Assembly (NCBI GenBank): GCA_023399375.1
Contig: JAEWPX010000048.1
Span: 25,319-89,318, forward strand
Reading direction: 5' to 3'
DNA from: Pseudomonadota bacterium
GTDB lineage: Bacteria > Desulfobacterota > Desulfovibrionia > Desulfovibrionales > Desulfovibrionaceae
DNA length: 64,000 nt
Part shown: positions 39,020 through 48,341 of the stretch, in pieces
Position numbering within the stretch: position 1 is the first letter of the stretch
Layout: each line of letters starts with the position of its first letter
Made by a program: the position numbers and the translations under genes
Notes under the pieces: generated by a model
The model's database searches: none
Seen by the model: the letters and a program-made list of their open reading frames with translations, nothing else
What the model was told of the DNA's origin: nothing

Positions 39020-40300
39020 ATGCGCATACTCGTGGTCGGCTCGGGCGGGCGGGAGCACGCCCTGGCCCGTACGCTCGTCAAAAGCCCCGACGTGTCGGCG
39101 GTGCTCGCCGCGCCCGGAAACGGCGGCACGGCGGGCGTGGGCGAAAACGTCCCCGTCGCCGACAGCGACGTCCCCGGGCTCGTGGCCCTGGCCAAGGACC
39201 GCGGCATCGACCTCGTCGTGGCCGGCCCCGAAGCGCCGCTCGTGGCCGGCATCCGCGACGCCATGGAAACGGCCGGCATCCCCTGCTTCGGCCCCGACGC
39301 CTACGCCGCCGGCCTCGAGGGCAGCAAGGCCTTCGCCAAGGACGTCATGGCCGCGGCCGGCGTGCCCACGGCCGCCTACGCGACCTTCACCGACGCCGCG
39401 TCGGCCCGGGCCTACGTGGAAAAGGTCGGCGCGCCCGTGGTGGTCAAGGCCGACGGCCTGGCCGCCGGCAAGGGCGTGACCGTGGCCGCGACCAAGGAAG
39501 AGGCGCTGGCCGCCGTGGACGAGTCCCTGGTCGCGGGCGCGTTCGGCAAGGCCGGGGCCAAGGTCGTGGTGGAAGAGGCGCTTGTCGGCGAGGAGGCTTC
39601 GTTCCTGGCCTTTTGTGACGGCGCGACCTCCGTGGCCATGACCGCCTGCCAGGACCACAAAGCCGTCTACGACGGCGACACCGGCCCCAACACCGGCGGC
39701 ATGGGCGCGTACTGCCCGGCCCCGGTCCTGCCCCCGTCGCGCTACGAGGAGACCAAGGCCCTGGTCATCGACCCGATCCTGCGCGAAATGGAGAAGCGTG
39801 GCCACCCGTTCACGGGCATCCTCTACGCCGGGCTCATGATGACCGCGTCCGGCCCCAAAGTCCTCGAATACAACGTGCGCTTCGGCGACCCGGAATGCCA
39901 GCCGTTGCTGGCGCGCCTGGCAAGCGACCTGCCGGCCATCCTTTTCGCCTGCCGGGCCGGGACGCTCACTGCGGATCTCGTGCGCTGGTCCGCGAAAAGC
40001 GCGCTGTGCGTGGTCATGGCCGCGCCCGGCTATCCGGGCAGCTATCCCAAGGGCATGGAGATCACGGGCATCGCGGCGGCCGAGGCCGACCCGGCGGTGA
40101 CGGTCTACCAGGCCGGCACGCGCCGCGACGGAGAGCGCATCGTCACCTCGGGCGGGCGGGTGCTCGGGGTCACGGCCCTTTGCGACACCCTGGCCGCGGC
40201 CAAGGCGACCGCCTACGAGGCGTGCGCGAAAATCCGTTTCGACGGCGCGTTTTACCGTCGCGACATCGGCGACAAAGGACTCAAGCGGGAGGGCAAATAG
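39020..40300 (+). CDS. purD: phosphoribosylamine--glycine ligase PurD
   Basis: 'MRILVVGSGGREHAL', 'VVVKADGLAAGKGV' and 'GPNTGGMGAY' ATP-grasp motifs. AAGGAGAG precedes the ATG. Confidence 0.95.
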   Translation: MRILVVGSGGREHALARTLVKSPDVSAVLAAPGNGGTAGVGENVPVADSDVPGLVALAKDRGIDLVVAGPEAPLVAGIRDAMETAGIPCFGPDAYAAGLEGSKAFAKDVMAAAGVPTAAYATFTDAASARAYVEKVGAPVVVKADGLAAGKGVTVAATKEEALAAVDESLVAGAFGKAGAKVVVEEALVGEEASFLAFCDGATSVAMTACQDHKAVYDGDTGPNTGGMGAYCPAPVLPPSRYEETKALVIDPILREMEKRGHPFTGILYAGLMMTASGPKVLEYNVRFGDPECQPLLARLASDLPAILFACRAGTLTADLVRWSAKSALCVVMAAPGYPGSYPKGMEITGIAAAEADPAVTVYQAGTRRDGERIVTSGGRVLGVTALCDTLAAAKATAYEACAKIRFDGAFYRRDIGDKGLKREGK

Positions 40301-40795
40301 ATGCGTGTTGCCATTTTCATCGGTTCACTCTCGGACGAAGAGAAGATGCGCCCCTGTTCCAAGGTGCTCGATTCGCTGGGCATCGACCACATGTTCACCG
40401 TCACCTCGGCCCACCGCACCCTGGAGCGCACGGAGCGGCTGCTGCGCGAATGCGAAGCCGCCGGCTGCCAGGTGTTCATCTGCGCCGCGGGACTCGCCGC
40501 GCACCTGGCCGGGGCCGTGGCCGCGCGGACGGTGAAGCCGGTCATCGGCGTGCCCCTGTCGTCCTCGGGCTCGGCGCTCGGCGGCATGGACGCCATGCTG
40601 TCCACGGTCCAGATGCCGCCCGGCTACCCCGTGGCCACGGTGGCCCTGGACGGGGCCGGCGCCAAAAACGCCGCCTGGCTCGCCGCGTCCATCCTGGCGC
40701 TGGGAGACCCGGATCTGACGGGCCGCATCGCCGCCGCCCGCCAGGGCTTCATCAAGGACGTGGAAACGGCCGCCGCCAAGCTCGGCAAGGGCTAA
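40301..40795 (+). CDS. purE: 5-(carboxyamino)imidazole ribonucleotide mutase PurE
   Basis: 'GSLSDEEKM', 'VTSAHRT' and 'ICAAGLAAHLAG' PurE motifs. It starts immediately after the purD stop. Confidence 0.9.
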   Translation: MRVAIFIGSLSDEEKMRPCSKVLDSLGIDHMFTVTSAHRTLERTERLLRECEAAGCQVFICAAGLAAHLAGAVAARTVKPVIGVPLSSSGSALGGMDAMLSTVQMPPGYPVATVALDGAGAKNAAWLAASILALGDPDLTGRIAAARQGFIKDVETAAAKLGKG

Positions 40796-40813
40796 CCGGC
40801 CGGAGCAGACCAT

Positions 40814-40850
40814 AAAAAAAGCCCGGATGCGGCGCATCCGGGCTTTTTTT
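40814..40850. terminator. bidirectional rho-independent terminator between purE and the MucR gene
   Basis: AAAAAAA-GCCCGGATGC-ggc-GCATCCGGGC-TTTTTTT. Confidence 0.85.
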
Positions 40851-40868
40851 ATTGCGCAGGCGCTGCGG

Positions 40869-41282
40869 CTACGCCACGGCGGCCTTGACGCGTTTTTCCC
40901 AGAGCTTCATTTCCTTCATCTTCTTGCGACGCTCCCGCTGCAATTCCTTGCACACGAGCGGCATGCCCTTGGGGTATCCCCACTTCTCCCGGTAGGCGTC
41001 CGGGGTCAGACCGAACTTGCCCAAATGCTTTTTGGTGAGGATCTTGAAGGACTTGCCCGACTCGAGGCAGATGATGCTGCGTTCGCGCACGGCCTTTTTC
41101 GGATCCACGGCCGGCGTCTGGACATCCTGCTCGGCGGCGTCCTCGGCCACGCCCGCGCCTTGCAGGCTGCGGATGCTCTCCGAAAGACGACGCACCATGG
41201 AACTGATCTCTTCCTCGGTCATGTTCCGGACACTGGCCTGGGCTTTGACGATCTCCAAGGCCTCCTTCAAACAATCATCCAT
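40869..41282 (-). CDS. MucR/Ros family transcriptional regulator
   Basis: 'IICLESGKSFKILTKKHLGKFGLTPDAYREKWGYPKGMPLVCKE' matches the ROS/MUCR C-x2..HL..H zinc-finger domain and the 'YRxKWG' motif. AAGGAG precedes ATG 41282. Confidence 0.85.
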   Translation of the reverse strand: MDDCLKEALEIVKAQASVRNMTEEEISSMVRRLSESIRSLQGAGVAEDAAEQDVQTPAVDPKKAVRERSIICLESGKSFKILTKKHLGKFGLTPDAYREKWGYPKGMPLVCKELQRERRKKMKEMKLWEKRVKAAVA

Positions 41283-41614
41283 GGATACTCCTTCATCGCA
41301 CATGCGATACGACAAGGGCCATGCCGTTTCCGGCAGGCCGGTATTCCTTATTTTCGAACGGGCACGCATCCCAGGCCGCCGCGCGGGGTTTTTCCGCAGC
41401 GGCCGCGGACAAGCCGTAGCGGTGTCCGGCGGACCGTCTGCATACCGCCCCAGCGCAACCGGCCCCGCTCCGCCTTCCCCGGACCGGGACCGGGAAAAAC
41501 GGCGGCGGGGAAGGTCCGAGGGCAGGCAGACCATCCCCGCGCCGCACCCCCTCCGTGCCAACGGAAGGGAAATCGCTTCCCGCGCCGTTTCCGCTTGAGG
41601 GCCGTAAGGCCGCG

Positions 41615-42343
41615 CTATCCGTCCGCCAGCCGGTGGACGGCGGCGGAAGCCGTCTTTGCGGCCTCCCTGCGCCACGCGCCCTGGACATAGCGCACGCCCA
41701 GGCGCTTGTAGGCCGGACGCTCGCTTTCGGCACCGGCGTCCTCCACGGCCACGTCCATGAGCAGGTTGCCGGCAAACGCCAGCACCTCCTCCAAGGCCTG
41801 GTGACGCCTGTCCATGTCCCAGTGCCAGGGCATGCGCCCGGGGGAAACGCGCAGGATATCGGCCGGCAGCAATTCCATGAACCGCGCCGGCGGCGTATCC
41901 AGGTCGAAATTGTCGAGTAGGATGCGCGCCCCTGCCCGCTTGCAGGCCACGAGCAGCTCCAGGGAATGCGCGGGCTGCGCGAAGAGCTCGCCCACGTCGA
42001 ACATGAGGATGGCCCGCGCCGGAGCCACGCCGTAGGTTTCGCGGATGCGCTGCGGCAGCAGGTCGAGCCGTGCGCGCACCAGGGAGGCTGCGCCGTCGCT
42101 CGCCTTGCGGGCGAGCATCGCGCGCGCGTCCTCGCAACGCTCCAACATCGCGGCATGCCGCTGGGCAGGAGCCGTCGCATCGACCTCGCGCGCGGGCGCG
42201 GTTTCGATGCCTGCCACGGCCCCCGACCGTATTTCGACCAGGGGGCGGAAATAGACCTCGCCCCGGAACCGGGACGTTATTGCCGCATCGGGCCCCTCGA
42301 GCCGCGCGGCCGGATAGGGCCATTGGAAAAGCGTGTGCGCCAT
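41615..42343 (-). CDS. EAL-domain-like protein, probably degenerate
   Basis: 'VYFRPLVEIRSGAVAGIETAP' stands in place of 'YQPIV..G..GxEALxR'. 'LLDNFD' replaces DDFG, 'LRVSP' replaces (I/L)KID, and 'VAVEDAG..YVQG' replaces EGVE..QG. Confidence 0.55.
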   Translation of the reverse strand: MAHTLFQWPYPAARLEGPDAAITSRFRGEVYFRPLVEIRSGAVAGIETAPAREVDATAPAQRHAAMLERCEDARAMLARKASDGAASLVRARLDLLPQRIRETYGVAPARAILMFDVGELFAQPAHSLELLVACKRAGARILLDNFDLDTPPARFMELLPADILRVSPGRMPWHWDMDRRHQALEEVLAFAGNLLMDVAVEDAGAESERPAYKRLGVRYVQGAWRREAAKTASAAVHRLADG

Positions 42344-42508
42344 GAGCGTCCTTCGCGAGTTTTGCTGGGACACTCTTCCAAGAATCGCTCCAACAATGAA
42401 TCTTTGTTTATACAGTATGTTACAAAGCAAACCTAGTCCTAAATCCGGGACTTTCGGATGCTTTCTCTCTTTTTGTCTTCTTTCCAGGACAAAAAATTCC
42501 ACCAAACC

Positions 42509-42530
42509 GTGTAAGGGAATTCCCTTACAC
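42509..42530. promoter_or_regulatory. perfect 22-bp palindrome (terminator hairpin or operator)
   Basis: GTGTAAGGGAATTCCCTTACAC, 4 nt after the stop of the minus-strand small gene and within the AT-rich region upstream of the EAL-like gene. Confidence 0.5.
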
Positions 42531-42534
42531 GACG

Positions 42535-42693
42535 TCAGCCGGTCACGCCCGTCAGCTTGGCCAGCATGCCAAGCGACGCCGTAAGGAGCCTGTGGCGCAA
42601 CGGCTCGGGCAAATGCCATAAGGTCATGGCCATGTATGCGCCGAAGCCGGCCAGGACGAGGATGTCGAACAGGATGATGACGCGCTTTTGCAT
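42535..42693 (-). CDS. small membrane protein (52 aa)
   Basis: GGGGAGG precedes ATG 42693. TM helix 'IILFDILVLAGFGAYMAMTLW'. Confidence 0.45.
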   Translation of the reverse strand: MQKRVIILFDILVLAGFGAYMAMTLWHLPEPLRHRLLTASLGMLAKLTGVTG

Positions 42694-42796
42694 GAAGGCC
42701 TCCCCGGGGGCATTATTTTCCCCGCCGCCAGGACCAAAGCAAACCGCGTTCCCGCGCGCCATGGACCCCGCCGCCGGCCTCTGCTATGCGCCTGCC

Positions 42797-44107
42797 ATGC
42801 GAAACGACCGTCCCGTGCGCTTTTACCTGGAAACCCTGGGCTGCAAGGTCAACCAGTACGAAAGCCGCGCCCTGCATGAAGCCTGGAGCGAAGCCGGCAT
42901 GGTTCGCGTGGACGCCCCGAGTCAGGCCGACCTGGCCGTGGCGCTCACCTGCGCCGTCACGGCCAGGGCCGAGGCCGAAAGCCGCAAGCTCGTGCGCGCC
43001 CTGATGCGCGAAACCCCCGACGGCGCGCGCGTCGTGGCCACGGGCTGCGCCGCCGTGGTCAGCCCGCAGGCGCTGGCCGCCCTCGGCGCGGCCGTGGTCC
43101 CGGACAAGGCGGGCCTTGCCCGCCGCCCCTTGGGTCCGGACAGCGCCGCGCCGCGCCCGGACGACGTCTTCCCCGACCTCGCCGTGTCCGGCTACGACCG
43201 GGCGCGCGGCCTGCTCAAGGTCCAGGACGGCTGCTCCCACGGCTGTTCCTACTGCATCGTGCCCGCGGCCCGGGGGCCGTCCGTGTCGCGACGGCTTCCC
43301 GACATCCTGGCCGAGACCGGCCGCCTGCTCGCCGCCGGTCGCCGCGAGATCGGTGTCACGGGCATCAACCTCGGCCACTACGGCCGCGAGTTCACCCCGC
43401 CCCAGACGTTCTGGACGCTCGTTGCCGCCCTGGACGCGCGCCTCGACGCAGAGCCGCCCGGCACGGCGCGCCTGCGTCTGGGCTCGCTCGACCCGGACAT
43501 GCTCACGGACGCGGGCCTGGAAGTTCTTGCCCGCTGCCGCAACGTCTGCCCGCACCTGCACATCTCGCTGCAAAGCGCCGATCCGGGCGTGCTTGCGGCC
43601 ATGGGCCGTCGGCGCGGCGACGTGGACCGGACGTCCTCTTTTGTGGACAAATTGAGTCGGGAATGGCCGCTTCTGGCGGTCGGCTGCGACGTCCTGACCG
43701 GCTTCCCCGGCGAATCCGAAGAGGCCTTCGCGCGCACGCGGGAATTTCTTGCCGCCCTGCCCCTGACCTATGCCCACGTCTTTCCCTATTCGCGCCGCCC
43801 GGGTACCCGCGCGGCGTCGCTGCCAGGCCAGCTGCCAAAACAGGAGCAGGCCGCGCGCGCCAGGGAACTGCGCGAGCTGGCCGCGGCCAAGAGCCGGGAA
43901 TTTCTGGCGCGCCTTTCCCGCGCGCCGCGCCTGGACGTGGCCCTGGAGCGCACGGACCCGCCGGTCGGGGCCTGCGGCCAGTATGTCGATTGCCGTTTCG
44001 AGGCTCCGCTCGCCGCGCCGGCGGGGGCCATCGTCGCATCGCGGCCCGTGGGAACGGACGGGCAGATGTTGCGCGTGATCCCCCTGGCGGAAGAAGGCGC
44101 GCCGTGA
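42797..44107 (+). CDS. mtaB: MiaB/MtaB-like radical-SAM tRNA methylthiotransferase
   Basis: UPF0004 N-domain 'FYLETLGCKVNQYES', radical-SAM 'GCSHGCSYCIVP' and a TRAM-like C-terminus. An alternative start is ATG 42761. Confidence 0.8.
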   Translation: MRNDRPVRFYLETLGCKVNQYESRALHEAWSEAGMVRVDAPSQADLAVALTCAVTARAEAESRKLVRALMRETPDGARVVATGCAAVVSPQALAALGAAVVPDKAGLARRPLGPDSAAPRPDDVFPDLAVSGYDRARGLLKVQDGCSHGCSYCIVPAARGPSVSRRLPDILAETGRLLAAGRREIGVTGINLGHYGREFTPPQTFWTLVAALDARLDAEPPGTARLRLGSLDPDMLTDAGLEVLARCRNVCPHLHISLQSADPGVLAAMGRRRGDVDRTSSFVDKLSREWPLLAVGCDVLTGFPGESEEAFARTREFLAALPLTYAHVFPYSRRPGTRAASLPGQLPKQEQAARARELRELAAAKSREFLARLSRAPRLDVALERTDPPVGACGQYVDCRFEAPLAAPAGAIVASRPVGTDGQMLRVIPLAEEGAP

Positions 44108-44682
44108 GCCTGCCCCATGAACCGCTTCCGGCAAAGCGCGTCTGCTCCGTGCTGTCCGCGGTCCTGCCCGAGGTCTGGCCGCAGGTCGTCTCCGGGCTTG
44201 CGGCCTGCTTCGGCGAGGTGGAAATCGCCTACCCCGAGCGGCCGTTCACGCACACGGCCTACTACGACGCCGAACTCGGCGCGCCCATCTCCCGCCGCGT
44301 GCTGGCGTTCGCCGGCCTCGCGGCGCAGGGGAGCCTCGGGCCCGACAAGGCCGCGACCAACGCCCTGGAAAACGCTCTGCGCCTCACGGACGGCCGCCGC
44401 CGCGTCAACCTCGACCCGGGCCTTTTGACCCAGGAACGCTTCGTCCTGGCCACGGGCAAGAACTTCACCCACCGCATCTATCTCGGGGACGGCATTTTCG
44501 CGGACCTGACCCTTGTCTTTCAGGCCGGCTCCTGGCAAACCCTGCCCTGGACGTTTCCCGACTACGCCTCCCCGGACATGCTCGAGATCCTGACCGACAT
44601 CCGCCGCCGCTACCGGCGGGACCTGCGGGAGGCCGCGTCCGCCATCATTTCCTCCAAGGAGCGCCCATGCCCAAAAGCATGA
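44104..44682 (+). CDS. DUF4416-like protein
   Basis: The GTG start overlaps the mtaB stop (GTGA). 'RRVNLDPGLLTQERFVLATGKNFTHRIYL' resembles the DUF4416 family, from memory. The function is unknown. Confidence 0.5.
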   Translation: MSLPHEPLPAKRVCSVLSAVLPEVWPQVVSGLAACFGEVEIAYPERPFTHTAYYDAELGAPISRRVLAFAGLAAQGSLGPDKAATNALENALRLTDGRRRVNLDPGLLTQERFVLATGKNFTHRIYLGDGIFADLTLVFQAGSWQTLPWTFPDYASPDMLEILTDIRRRYRRDLREAASAIISSKERPCPKA

Positions 44683-45548
44683 CCGGCTACGGCAAAAGCC
44701 TCGTCGAGACCGATTCTTATACCCAAGTCTGGGAAGTGCGCGGCGTCAACAGCCGCTTTCTCGACCTCAAATGGCGCCTGCCGCTTTTCCTGCGCCCGAG
44801 CGAAGCGGCCCTGGAACGAGTCGTGCGCGAGCAGGTGGCGCGCGGCCGCCTGGAAGTCCACCTGGAATTTTCGCCTAAGCGCACGGACATGTGGAAGGCC
44901 ACGCTGGACACGGGCCTGGCCAGCGCCATGCTCGACGAACTCGACGCCCTGGCCAAAACGCGGGAGATTCCGTACGCGCCCGACCTCAACCGTCTGCTGA
45001 ACCTGTCCCAGCTGTGGCGCGAGGAGGCCGTGGAACCCGATCCGACGCTGTTCGAAAACTTAAGCCATGGCCTGCGTCTGGCGCTGACCGATTTCAACGA
45101 CGCGCGCTCCCGCGAAGGCCGCGCCCTGGCCGACGACCTGCTCGCCCGGCTCGCCACCCTGTCCGGCTGGCGCGACGCCATCGAGGCGGCCGCGCCCGCG
45201 GTCAAGGCGGAAAAGATGGAGCAGCTCGCGGCGCGCATCGCGCTGGTGCTGGAAAAGGCGGGCATCGAGCCGGCCCAGGACCGCCTGCTCCAGGAAACGG
45301 CCATCCTCGCCGACAAGCTCGACGTGTCCGAGGAACTGACGCGCCTTTCCGGCCACCTCGGCCGCCTGGAAGGGCTGCTGCGCGAAGGCGGCGAGATCGG
45401 CAAGAAGCTCGACTTCCTGGTCCAGGAAGCCTTCCGCGAGATCAACACCTGCGGCAACAAGGCGCAAAACCTCGACATCAGCCGGCTGGTCGTGGATTTC
45501 AAGGCCGAGCTGGAAAAATGCCGCGAACAGGTGCAGAATCTCGAATAA
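44667..45548 (+). CDS. YicC/YloC family stress-induced protein
   Basis: 'MTGYG' N-terminus and C-terminal '[20 protein letters not shown]' YicC signature. Confidence 0.88.
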   Translation: MPKSMTGYGKSLVETDSYTQVWEVRGVNSRFLDLKWRLPLFLRPSEAALERVVREQVARGRLEVHLEFSPKRTDMWKATLDTGLASAMLDELDALAKTREIPYAPDLNRLLNLSQLWREEAVEPDPTLFENLSHGLRLALTDFNDARSREGRALADDLLARLATLSGWRDAIEAAAPAVKAEKMEQLAARIALVLEKAGIEPAQDRLLQETAILADKLDVSEELTRLSGHLGRLEGLLREGGEIGKKLDFLVQEAFREINTCGNKAQNLDISRLVVDFKAELEKCREQVQNLE

Positions 45549-45562
45549 GCAAGGAAGGACGC

Positions 45563-45823
45563 ATGGCCCAGGGACTGCTCAACATCGGCTTCGGCAACTT
45601 CGTGGCCGCCGCGCGCGTCACGGCCATCGTCAACCCCGCCTCCTCGCCCATGCGTCGCCTGCGCGAGGAGGCGCGCAACGACAAACGGCTCGTGGACGCG
45701 ACCCAGGGCCGCAAGACCCGATCCATCATCATCACCGATTCCAACCACGTGATCCTGTCGGGCATCCAGGCCGAGACCCTAAGCGCCCGCTTCACCGTGG
45801 AGGAGGACGACCATGCCGGCTAA
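45563..45823 (+). CDS. remA: DUF370 / RemA-like protein
   Basis: '[29 protein letters not shown]...[22 protein letters not shown]' is the RemA/YlzA family pattern. AAGGAAGGA precedes the ATG. Confidence 0.85.
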   Translation: MAQGLLNIGFGNFVAAARVTAIVNPASSPMRRLREEARNDKRLVDATQGRKTRSIIITDSNHVILSGIQAETLSARFTVEEDDHAG

Positions 45824-46442
45824 ACGCCTCGGCCTTTTTCTCGTGGTCTGCGCCCCGTCCGGGACGGGCAAATCCACGCTCGTAAAGCGTCTTTGCGCCG
45901 AATTCCCAAGCCTCTCCTTTTCCGTTTCCGCGACCACGCGTCCGCCCCGCCACGGCGAGACCGACGGCGTGGACTACCACTTCCTCGACCGGGACACGTT
46001 TCTCGCCTGGCGCGAGGCCGGCCGGCTCGCCGAATGGGCCGAGGTCCACGGCAACTTCTACGGCACGCCGCTGGCCCCCGTGCGCGAGGCCATGGCCGCC
46101 GGCAACGACGTGCTCTTCGACATCGACGTCCAGGGAGCGGCGCAACTGCGCCAAAGCCTCGGGGCCGGGGCCTACGTCTTCATCCTGCCGCCCACGCGCG
46201 CGGAGCTCTCGCGCCGGCTCTCGGCGCGCGGCACGGACTCCCCGGAAGTCGTGGCCAAGCGTCTCGCCGCCGCGCCCAAGGAACTCGCCGACGCGCCCCT
46301 TTTCGACTACTGGGTGGAAAACGCCGACCTGGAAGCGGCCTATGCCGACCTGCGCGCCGTCTACATGGCCGAACGCCGCCGGCCGCGCTGCCATCCGGAC
46401 CTGTTGCCCGAACTGCTGGCCCAATGGGACGCGGCCATCTAG
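45813..46442 (+). CDS. gmk: guanylate kinase
   Basis: P-loop '[10 protein letters not shown]', '[18 protein letters not shown]' and '[12 protein letters not shown]'. Confidence 0.95.
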   Translation: MPAKRLGLFLVVCAPSGTGKSTLVKRLCAEFPSLSFSVSATTRPPRHGETDGVDYHFLDRDTFLAWREAGRLAEWAEVHGNFYGTPLAPVREAMAAGNDVLFDIDVQGAAQLRQSLGAGAYVFILPPTRAELSRRLSARGTDSPEVVAKRLAAAPKELADAPLFDYWVENADLEAAYADLRAVYMAERRRPRCHPDLLPELLAQWDAAI

Positions 46443-46493
46443 TCGGGAAAACCTTTTTCCAAGGACATTGACCCCTTCGATTGTTTCCGGTTA

Positions 46494-47414
46494 ATGTCGC
46501 ACAAAGCACGCTCTTCGCATTTCAGGGACGCCATGAGCCAGAACCAGGACAAAGCCCCAAAGCCTGGCGCGACTGCGCCGGACGACGAGTCCGGGCAGAA
46601 GCGCGAGCGCATCAAGGGCATCTTCTCCACCCAGGCCATTCAGAAGGTGGGCACCGGAACGACGACCCGTCGCACCATCCAGAAGATGTATTGGTTCGTG
46701 GAGGAAGACGCGTCGCACAACCTGGAGATCCAGCCACTCAACAAGAACTATGTCCCTTCCGGCCCCAAGCGCCGCATCACCCTCGAAGAACTGCTGGAGA
46801 AATTCTCGCCCGAACCCGAATTCTACGTTTCCACGGTCTATCCGCGCCTGCGCGAACTGAACATGGTCATCCAGAAAGGCGAGAAGCACCGCGAGAAGGG
46901 CGAAATCTTCAGCGCCGAGCTGGAATTCGGCCAGGCCCTGGCCGTGGACGAGGAGAACATCCGCGCCAACTTCGGCCTGGGGCTCACCTATCTCGACCGC
47001 GGCGAGTCCAACAAGGCCGACGACATCTTCCAGCGCCTGGTGCGTCTCGACGCCTCCTTCGACAAGGAGCACAAGCACCTCTTCAACGAATTCGGCATGA
47101 ACCTGCGCAAGAACAAGATGCTCGACCAGGCCATCGACTACTACCAGCGGGCCGAAAGCCTGGCCGTGCGCGACGACCATCTGATGTTCAACATCGCCCG
47201 GGCCTTTTTCGACAAGAAGGACTACGTCCGGACCATGGAGTACCTGCACAAGGCCCTGGCGCTCAATCCCGACCATGCCGAATCCCGCCGTTTCGCCGCC
47301 TTTCTCGAGGAAAAGGGCCTGGCCAAGGGGGCGCTTCCCACCGCGGCGACCGCGGCGACCGCGCCCGACGACGACGGCGCGCCCTCCCAGGGAGGGGAAG
47401 AACTGCCCTCATGA
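46494..47414 (+). CDS. TPR-repeat protein
   Basis: Three or four TPR-like repeats ('ANFGLGLTYLDRGESNKADDIFQRLVRLD', 'AIDYYQRAESL', 'FNIARAFFDKKDYVRTMEYLHKALALNPDH'). ATG 46533 (after AGGGA) is an alternative start. Confidence 0.7.
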   Translation: MSHKARSSHFRDAMSQNQDKAPKPGATAPDDESGQKRERIKGIFSTQAIQKVGTGTTTRRTIQKMYWFVEEDASHNLEIQPLNKNYVPSGPKRRITLEELLEKFSPEPEFYVSTVYPRLRELNMVIQKGEKHREKGEIFSAELEFGQALAVDEENIRANFGLGLTYLDRGESNKADDIFQRLVRLDASFDKEHKHLFNEFGMNLRKNKMLDQAIDYYQRAESLAVRDDHLMFNIARAFFDKKDYVRTMEYLHKALALNPDHAESRRFAAFLEEKGLAKGALPTAATAATAPDDDGAPSQGGEELPS

Positions 47415-48271
47415 GCCAGGAACGCGGCCAGCGCTTCCTGCTCGATCTGCCCACGGTCCGAAACGACCTGCCCTATTCCCCTGACCTGCTCACCCGTCTG
47501 TTTCGCTTGACCGGCGAGGAAGGCCTGTCGCCGCTCGAGGCCATCGCCGCGGCCGTGGCCGAGGACCAGGGCCTTTCCGCCCGCCTCCTGGCCCTGGCCA
47601 ATTCCGCCTTCTACGGGCTCCAGTCCCAGGTGGGCACGGTGGGCCGGGCCGTGGCCGTGCTCGGGCTGCGCGAGGTGCGCTCCCTGGTGCTGGCGCTCGG
47701 CATGCGCGGGCTGGCCGACGCGCGCCCCCTGCCGCCGGAGTTCGCCTTCGCGCCCTACCTCGCGCACCAGCTGGCCGTGGCCGGAGCCGCCCGGGGACTC
47801 GCCCGCATCACCGCCGCCATGGACCCGGACGACGCCTTCACCGCAGGGCTGCTCCACGACCTCGGCAAGCTGCTCACGGCCCTGTACCGGCCCGAGGACT
47901 GGCAGGCGCAGGCGGCCCTGGCCACGGCCGAAGGCCTGCCCTGGCACGAGGCCGAGGAACGCCACTGGGGCCTGGACCACGGCCTGATCGGCGGCATGGT
48001 CCTGCGCTCCTGGAACCTGCCCGAAACCCTGACCGAGCCCGTCAACTGGCACCATGCGCCGCTGGCCGCGCCGAGCCGTCTCCTGCCCTGCGCCCTGGCG
48101 AGCCTGGCCGACGCCCTGGCCCGCGAAGCCACGGACACGCCGCAACCGGGCATCGCACCCGACCCCGCCCTGGCCGCGCGGCTCGGCCTGTCCCTGGACG
48201 CGGCCCGGCAATGCGTGAAAGCGGCCCTGGCCGAGCGGGACACTGCGGCCCTGGCCGCGGCCCTGGCCTGA
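47411..48271 (+). CDS. HDOD domain signalling protein
   Basis: 'LLALANSAFYG', 'VGRAVAVLGLREVRSLVLA' and 'GLLHDLGKLL' are HDOD motifs. The ATG overlaps the TPR gene stop (ATGA). Confidence 0.8.
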   Translation: MSQERGQRFLLDLPTVRNDLPYSPDLLTRLFRLTGEEGLSPLEAIAAAVAEDQGLSARLLALANSAFYGLQSQVGTVGRAVAVLGLREVRSLVLALGMRGLADARPLPPEFAFAPYLAHQLAVAGAARGLARITAAMDPDDAFTAGLLHDLGKLLTALYRPEDWQAQAALATAEGLPWHEAEERHWGLDHGLIGGMVLRSWNLPETLTEPVNWHHAPLAAPSRLLPCALASLADALAREATDTPQPGIAPDPALAARLGLSLDAARQCVKAALAERDTAALAAALA

Positions 48272-48341
48272 GAGGGCCCGCCCTCCCCCATCTTGCCTTG
48301 CGCCCCCGGCCGGGGCATCATGACCTTTTCCGGAGCGCCCC

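Noticed and set aside
41283-41360. Sigma54-like 'GGCATGGCCCTTGTC' upstream of the MucR gene
   Set aside because: The -12 element reads TTGT rather than TTGC, and the first T of TGGCA is missing. This is insufficient.
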